Origin: a virus
Taxonomy: Duplodnaviria; Caudoviricetes
IMG/VR virus record: IMGVR_UViG_3300020044_003096
Span: 1-38,062 of that record
Length of the DNA: 38,062 bases
Strand: one strand, 5' to 3'
Under the pieces are notes generated by a model. It was given only the letters and a program-made list of their open reading frames with translations. It made no database searches and was not told the origin of the DNA. Below, one piece after another: positions 33,432-38,062 of this stretch (its first letter is position 1; each line of letters opens with the position of its first letter). The position numbers and the translations under genes are program-made.

Positions 33432-34439
33432 TTAGGCGATAACCGTTGCAACAAAAGCACCCAGATCGGTCGAAACCACTTTCTGGTCGTAAGCCATGTT
33501 AGCTTCCAACAGTTCAGCAATGCCATCCACACGCAGGAAGTCACCAGTATACGAACGAATGTCGATGCCGTATCCCGAAGCATTGTTCAGTTCGTTCCAA
33601 GTGAAGGTATAACCAGCCGAAGGAACCATCAGACCAGCAGCACGCGGGCGATAATACAGAGCAGCCGACTTACCACCGATGAAAGCGTTGACTTCCGTCA
33701 GACCTTCAGCAGCAGTGTTCTTCACGGTCTCCATAACCAAGAACTCTTCCACACCGAAGATTTCAGCCAGTTTAGCATCCGTAACCAAAGCAGTGTTGGT
33801 AACAGTTGCACCACCGTTCAGACGGTTCAGGATGTCCGGGTGATTAACCAGAACGTCACGAACTTGCTTACCAACAACCATCACGTTCGGCTTGAAGCCA
33901 CCCGATTTCAGTTGCACAGTCTGCATCAACGTGGTAACGTCTTTGATCGGGGTCGAGTTAGTGTAATCCGACCATTGACGAACTTGGTTGGTCGAAGGCG
34001 AACCCGACACACCAGCCCAATCCGTTCCCCAGACCGAAGCCGAGAAGTATTTGGTAGCCCACTTGATCTCACGATCAATCAGCAGTTGGGTCGTCAGCAT
34101 CTGAGCGCCAGCGGCACGGATGTTCAATGCTGCATCTTCGTTAGCCAGAGTTTCGAAGTCGAAGTTCGTAGCTAGCGAGTAAACGTCTGCCGAGTAAGCA
34201 TCAGTCGACAACGACATACCGACCACAGGAGCTTTAGTGCGAGGAGCACGAGCTTGAACCTGACCCGAACGGTTAAAGTCAGCACGGTTATAGATGTAGA
34301 ATTTGTTGGTCTTTTTATCAACCGGAACACGAGGGAAAACTTTATCAGCGATAAAGCCAGTAGCATCCTGAACGAAAGCAACGGTCAGGTTAGTAAGCGG
34401 GGCGTCAATATGGACTGCACCAGAAGTAAGTTGTGCCAT
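33432..34439 (-). CDS. major capsid protein
   Basis: HIDAPLTNL.VAF.Q, FIADKVFP.VPV, PNVMV...V...L.NHP; highly biased codons. Confidence 0.9.
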   Translation of the reverse strand: MAQLTSGAVHIDAPLTNLTVAFVQDATGFIADKVFPRVPVDKKTNKFYIYNRADFNRSGQVQARAPRTKAPVVGMSLSTDAYSADVYSLATNFDFETLANEDAALNIRAAGAQMLTTQLLIDREIKWATKYFSASVWGTDWAGVSGSPSTNQVRQWSDYTNSTPIKDVTTLMQTVQLKSGGFKPNVMVVGKQVRDVLVNHPDILNRLNGGATVTNTALVTDAKLAEIFGVEEFLVMETVKNTAAEGLTEVNAFIGGKSAALYYRPRAAGLMVPSAGYTFTWNELNNASGYGIDIRSYTGDFLRVDGIAELLEANMAYDQKVVSTDLGAFVATVIA

Positions 34440-34474
34440 GTTATTTTATCCTTAATTTATTCTACTAGGTCAGA

Positions 34475-34843
34475 TTAAGCGGGGGTTTGACCACGGTTCA
34501 GTTCAATCGTGATGACCTGACCAGCAGCGCCAGCTTCAAGAGCATAGCCAACGATTACTTTAGTCGAAGCAGCGGTAATTGCTTTACCAGCAGCGTCCAC
34601 AGCGATTGCATCACCACGAGCAACACTACCAGCAGCGCCAACCAGAACAGTCACACGACCGTCGTAAGCGACTTGGACAGCCTTACCAGCGGCAGTAGCA
34701 GCAGCCATAGCAACACCATCAGTGCGCAGACCAGCGGCAGTGTTATCAATCTGACCATCAGCAGCCAAAGAGACGAAGGTGAATTGGCTAAAAGCCGAAC
34801 CCGAAATGTAAGTGCGAGATTGAAGGTTCTCAGTAAATGCCAT
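34475..34843 (-). CDS. capsid decoration / cement protein (DUF2190-like)
   Basis: Ala/Gly-rich, ends VGYALEAGAAGQVITIEL; directly before MCP. Confidence 0.8.
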   Translation of the reverse strand: MAFTENLQSRTYISGSAFSQFTFVSLAADGQIDNTAAGLRTDGVAMAAATAAGKAVQVAYDGRVTVLVGAAGSVARGDAIAVDAAGKAITAASTKVIVGYALEAGAAGQVITIELNRGQTPA

Positions 34844-34855
34844 GATTAAGGCTCC

Positions 34856-35626
34856 TTATTTCTTGTAGGTTTCAAGCAGAAGGGACTTACCTTCAGCAGT
34901 TTTAATGACAGCGGCATAAGCCTTATAAAAGTCTGTCTTTTTATCTTCCTGATACGATTTAACAAGAGTATCAAGTTTCTGTTCGGCTGTAAGCAAGTCA
35001 TTAGCTGCATCAGTTTTACCGACTTCCATGAACAGACCTGCAAAAGCAGCATCCGCAGCACGAAGCAGTTCTTCCAATTCAGCATTGCCTTCAACAGACT
35101 TCAGCAGTTTACCGCGTTGGTCAGCCGTTCCTTTGAAATTAGGCAGAACCTCGTCAGCACGTTTACGGAGTTCTTCAGCTTCTTGTGCCTTCTGGAACTC
35201 TTCTAGTTTTTTAAGGACAGGTGCAGGGATTGCAGATTTAGCAACCATTTCACCACCAAAGTCTACCATCTCAGCAGCTTTCTCAACTTCTTCTTTAGCT
35301 TCAAGAGCCTTAGTAAGACGTTCAACCTCTGCTTTGAGGGTTTCGACCTCTTCAATAGCAACTTCTTCAGCAGACTTAGCCATAGGGGCAGTATCTTGTG
35401 CTTCTTGTTGCATCTCTAGTTGCATTTCAGCGATCTCTTCCTCAGGGGTTTTGATCTCGATTTCAATGCAAACACCCTTTTCGACTTCTTCAATCTCTGG
35501 GGTGGTTTCTTTTTTAGCTTTAGCCATACTTGTATCTCGCTTAAAGAGAGCGACGGTTGCCGACTTATTAGCAGGAGAATCTACCAACGACACTTCGTCT
35601 AATTCTAAATCAAGGAGTTCATTCAT
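34856..35626 (-). CDS. scaffold protein with N-terminal prohead-protease segment
   Basis: LDEVSLVDSPAN at the N-terminus, followed by E/K/A-rich coiled coil. Confidence 0.75.
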   Translation of the reverse strand: MNELLDLELDEVSLVDSPANKSATVALFKRDTSMAKAKKETTPEIEEVEKGVCIEIEIKTPEEEIAEMQLEMQQEAQDTAPMAKSAEEVAIEEVETLKAEVERLTKALEAKEEVEKAAEMVDFGGEMVAKSAIPAPVLKKLEEFQKAQEAEELRKRADEVLPNFKGTADQRGKLLKSVEGNAELEELLRAADAAFAGLFMEVGKTDAANDLLTAEQKLDTLVKSYQEDKKTDFYKAYAAVIKTAEGKSLLLETYKK

Positions 35627-36183
35627 TTGATCTTCTCCCGCTTTGCTTTCCCACCAATTGAGAAGGCTTTAAGTTCACCAGACTTGACTTTATCCCAGAC
35701 TGCATTGTCATAGACTTTGCAAGCAACGATCCAGCCCTCTTTGTCCGATGTAATGCCAAGGGCTTGAGCGATTTCATTCGTCAAGGGAAGGGAGTGAACA
35801 AATTCACCAACCTTACCACCCATGTGCATTTCTTTAGTGATACGAGCAGAAAGCATAAACTCAGTAGCAGCTTTCATTAGTGTATCAGATTTGATTACGT
35901 CGCCCTGAGTATCCACAACAGGAATACCATTCTCAGAGATGACAGAAGCCCAACCCCAGACCATTCGCTGTGAATCATCTGCTTTAAGGATTTGACCTTG
36001 AATTTCCATCTTCTTTACGGAAGAATCTTTTGCTTTAGACCACGCACCTGCAAATGCACGACTTTCAGTCATTCCATCTTCACCCATCATAGAGTTAAAG
36101 ACATTACGAAATACAGTTTGTTGGTGGTCAGAGAGCTTACCTCGAACTGCCTTTGGCAAATCAGCATTAGTTGTGTAGGGCAT
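35623..36183 (-). CDS. ChaB domain fused to XkdF-like prohead serine protease
   Basis: MPY..NADLP.AVR..L..H.Q.VF..VFNS (ChaB-like); RMVWGWASV, DTQGDVI, EMH, GWI, SGELKAFSIGG (XkdF-like). Confidence 0.8.
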   Translation of the reverse strand: MPYTTNADLPKAVRGKLSDHQQTVFRNVFNSMMGEDGMTESRAFAGAWSKAKDSSVKKMEIQGQILKADDSQRMVWGWASVISENGIPVVDTQGDVIKSDTLMKAATEFMLSARITKEMHMGGKVGEFVHSLPLTNEIAQALGITSDKEGWIVACKVYDNAVWDKVKSGELKAFSIGGKAKREKIK

Positions 36184-36913
36184 TATTTTTCACCAAAATA
36201 AGTTGTTGGTTTGAGTAGACCCTAGAGGCATTGTTAGCTACAAGAGCTACTTGATTGTCAATGTCGGTCTTTTCAGGTATTGCACCGGGAACTGGTGGAG
36301 TAGCTACAATGAATTGTTCGTAGATTTCTGTAGCATATACAGTAATGAAACTTGTCCCAAAGAACCTCCAACGAGCATTCAGTTGAGCATTTTCACCTTT
36401 ATTGCATGAAAAATCCCCATAAACACTGTAAGCAGTATAGCCAGCGGGAACTGTGTAGATGGACATTGAGGTATTACCCTGCCCAGCATCAATACGAGCA
36501 ACAACAGTGCCTACAGAACTGTCTACATGAATTTCAATAGTTCCAATATTAGCTGCACTACCATCAAGATATACAGCACTGTTTAGTCGATAATAAGTAT
36601 TTACCGAAGTGACATGAGTTGTCCCATTTAAGGTGATAATCTCACTAATCTGGTTGTAGTTATTATCAAGACCATTAAGAACAACTTGATAAGTGTCAGA
36701 AGAACTTGTGCTAGCAATGTATAGTGTTTTACTGCCACCATTCCATGCAGACCAAGGGTATACGCCACCAACATTCCAAATAGTCTCAGGGACAGTTCCA
36801 GAATCTACAGAGGGATTCTTACCACTAATGAAAACTACACTGCTATCCGATACTTCGCCCTTAGCTATTGCAAAGTAATTATTTTCGTAATGTAGTTTTT
36901 CCCAAGCAGACAT
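36167..36913 (-). CDS. putative virion structural protein
   Basis: Beta-rich, ETIW..GG.YPW, YTVPAGYTAY; in the head gene region. Confidence 0.6.
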   Translation of the reverse strand: MSAWEKLHYENNYFAIAKGEVSDSSVVFISGKNPSVDSGTVPETIWNVGGVYPWSAWNGGSKTLYIASTSSSDTYQVVLNGLDNNYNQISEIITLNGTTHVTSVNTYYRLNSAVYLDGSAANIGTIEIHVDSSVGTVVARIDAGQGNTSMSIYTVPAGYTAYSVYGDFSCNKGENAQLNARWRFFGTSFITVYATEIYEQFIVATPPVPGAIPEKTDIDNQVALVANNASRVYSNQQLILVKNNALHN

Positions 36914-37308
36914 TACATAACCTCAGGTTTAGGGATAAGTCCCATCATTGCAATTGCTTCTTGGACGCCACTATTAGCATAAGCAGTTAATTTGCCTTTA
37001 GAAGCTAAAGGATTTACTGTTTTGTTGTCAGGCAACCAAAAAACAAGTGCTTTTTGACCTTGCTCTGCTAGTGCCATGTCCACAATCCCAGTGGTGTCCC
37101 ATGCGGGGCGAACCAGAGGTTCTTGTGCTGCTACAAGCCATTCAGGACGCACCATGAACGATGTGGCAGCGTAAAGATTGCCTTCTGCATCCTGCCAGTT
37201 GAGACCCTGATAGGTGTTGATCTCTGCCTCGCTTTGACCAATACACATCGCATATTGGTTTGCTGCATTGAGGATCGTTGCCGATGCGGCTGCGGTGATG
37301 CGGATCAT
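36913..37308 (-). CDS. hypothetical protein
   Basis: Coupled to the upstream fibre-like gene; WQDAEGNLYA, RPAWD. Confidence 0.65.
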   Translation of the reverse strand: MIRITAAASATILNAANQYAMCIGQSEAEINTYQGLNWQDAEGNLYAATSFMVRPEWLVAAQEPLVRPAWDTTGIVDMALAEQGQKALVFWLPDNKTVNPLASKGKLTAYANSGVQEAIAMMGLIPKPEVM

Positions 37309-38060
37309 AGCGTTACCCCCGTGCGTTGCGCCGTCCAGCTTTCAGTTGACGCTATCTGAGCGGCGGTCAGGCTTGCACCGAAGCGGATGATTTTGCTGTA
37401 GACAAGGCCGTTGAAAGGCAAAGACGTGCCAGCGCGACGACCTGTGTAGATCGGATAGGCAAGATAGTTTCCTGTGCCTTGGTCTGCAGATGATGTAGCA
37501 GATTGGACACCATTAACACGGATGATTGTGCTATCGCCTGCGATGTCTCCGAGACCAGTAACTACGTTAGTGATTGGTGCCGTGAATGTTGTGGCTGTAA
37601 CACCTACGGCATTTACTGAGCCGCGAGACTTAAAACCGTAGTTGTGTGCAATACCATCAGGAGCACCAATATAAAACGCTCCGGAGTTTGCGCCAGTTAC
37701 GGTGCTAAATTCAACAAGAACTGCGTCTGCCGCATCACTCAGTTTCCGCACCCCGAAAAACACCTGAGCCTTGTCGATACCCGGTGTGATCGTGGGAGAC
37801 ACCATGAACGAGGAAACCCCGTTGTAGTGCAGGTAATGCAGATAGGGCTGGCCTGCCTCGGTGATGTCGTAGGATGGCGGTGTAGGCCATGCGACACCGG
37901 ACGATGCGCCTGTGCGTTGGTAGGTGGTGGCAGTGGAGCCTGTTTCGAGTTGTGCCAAAGTGACGCTGCCAGACACCGTAAGCGTTAGCGTTCCAGCGGT
38001 CGGGGTGACCGTCAGAGACACCGGGTTGCCTGCACCCGTACCAACCGAGGCGCCAGCCGT
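37305..38060 (-). CDS. C-terminal part of a fibre/spike-like protein with LamG-like beta-sandwich (5' truncated by window)
   Basis: Frame open to the window edge; AQLETGSTATTYQR; Thr/Gly/Ser-rich; GC-richer. Confidence 0.65.
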   Translation of the reverse strand, partial: TAGASVGTGAGNPVSLTVTPTAGTLTLTVSGSVTLAQLETGSTATTYQRTGASSGVAWPTPPSYDITEAGQPYLHYLHYNGVSSFMVSPTITPGIDKAQVFFGVRKLSDAADAVLVEFSTVTGANSGAFYIGAPDGIAHNYGFKSRGSVNAVGVTATTFTAPITNVVTGLGDIAGDSTIIRVNGVQSATSSADQGTGNYLAYPIYTGRRAGTSLPFNGLVYSKIIRFGASLTAAQIASTESWTAQRTGVTL

Positions 38061-38062
38061 AG

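Noticed and set aside
34003-34009. CCCGACA on + strand inside the MCP gene (UGUCGGG on the mRNA)
   Set aside because: Explained by Val-Ser-Gly codons with no clear hairpin. Not counted as part of the motif set, although pairing with the 33401 site cannot be excluded.
35028-35630. 200-aa + strand ORF
   Set aside because: Antisense shadow of the E/K/A-rich scaffold gene, with Ser-rich low-complexity translation.
35647-35653. GGGAAAG (lambda G-T slippery heptamer) near the end of the protease ORF
   Set aside because: It is read GGG AAA G, not G GGA AAG, so it is out of phase for tandem -1 slippage.
1-38062. tRNA genes, introns or inteins, integrase, stop-codon reassignment
   Set aside because: No cloverleaf was seen by eye. 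Polymerase, helicase and RNR appear uninterrupted. No recombinase ORF is present. Genes end normally with TAA, TAG and TGA.

Overview
This window is a large fragment of a lytic, long-tailed (siphovirus-type) dsDNA phage. Gene content and promoter style suggest an alphaproteobacterial host, probably Rhodobacteraceae (inference). The + strand arm (about 720-22269) carries small early genes, then a T7/SIO1-like replication and nucleotide-metabolism module: primase-helicase, family A DNA polymerase, SSB, ThyX, exonuclease, endonuclease I, metallophosphoesterase, MazG, class II RNR, glutaredoxin, PhoH, two DNA methyltransferases and Dps. The - strand arm (22332 to the window end) carries head, neck, tail and lysis genes. 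The arms converge on a bidirectional terminator at about 22282-22329. Terminase, portal and integrase are not in the window, and no tRNA or CRISPR array was seen. The most unusual signals are non-coding. (1) A 116-bp inverted repeat at the left end is packed with GANTC sites, and the early promoters also carry GAATC. (2) An AT-rich non-coding element with its own promoter occurs twice, about 24 kb apart (5999-6160 and 30177-30301). (3) A predicted pseudoknot after the tail-tube gene has a loop complementary to a CCCGACA motif at the start codons of three late genes. (4) The tail chaperone has a predicted -1 frameshift. (5) The prohead protease motifs are split over two ORFs. All calls come from reading the sequence by eye; no database searches were run.
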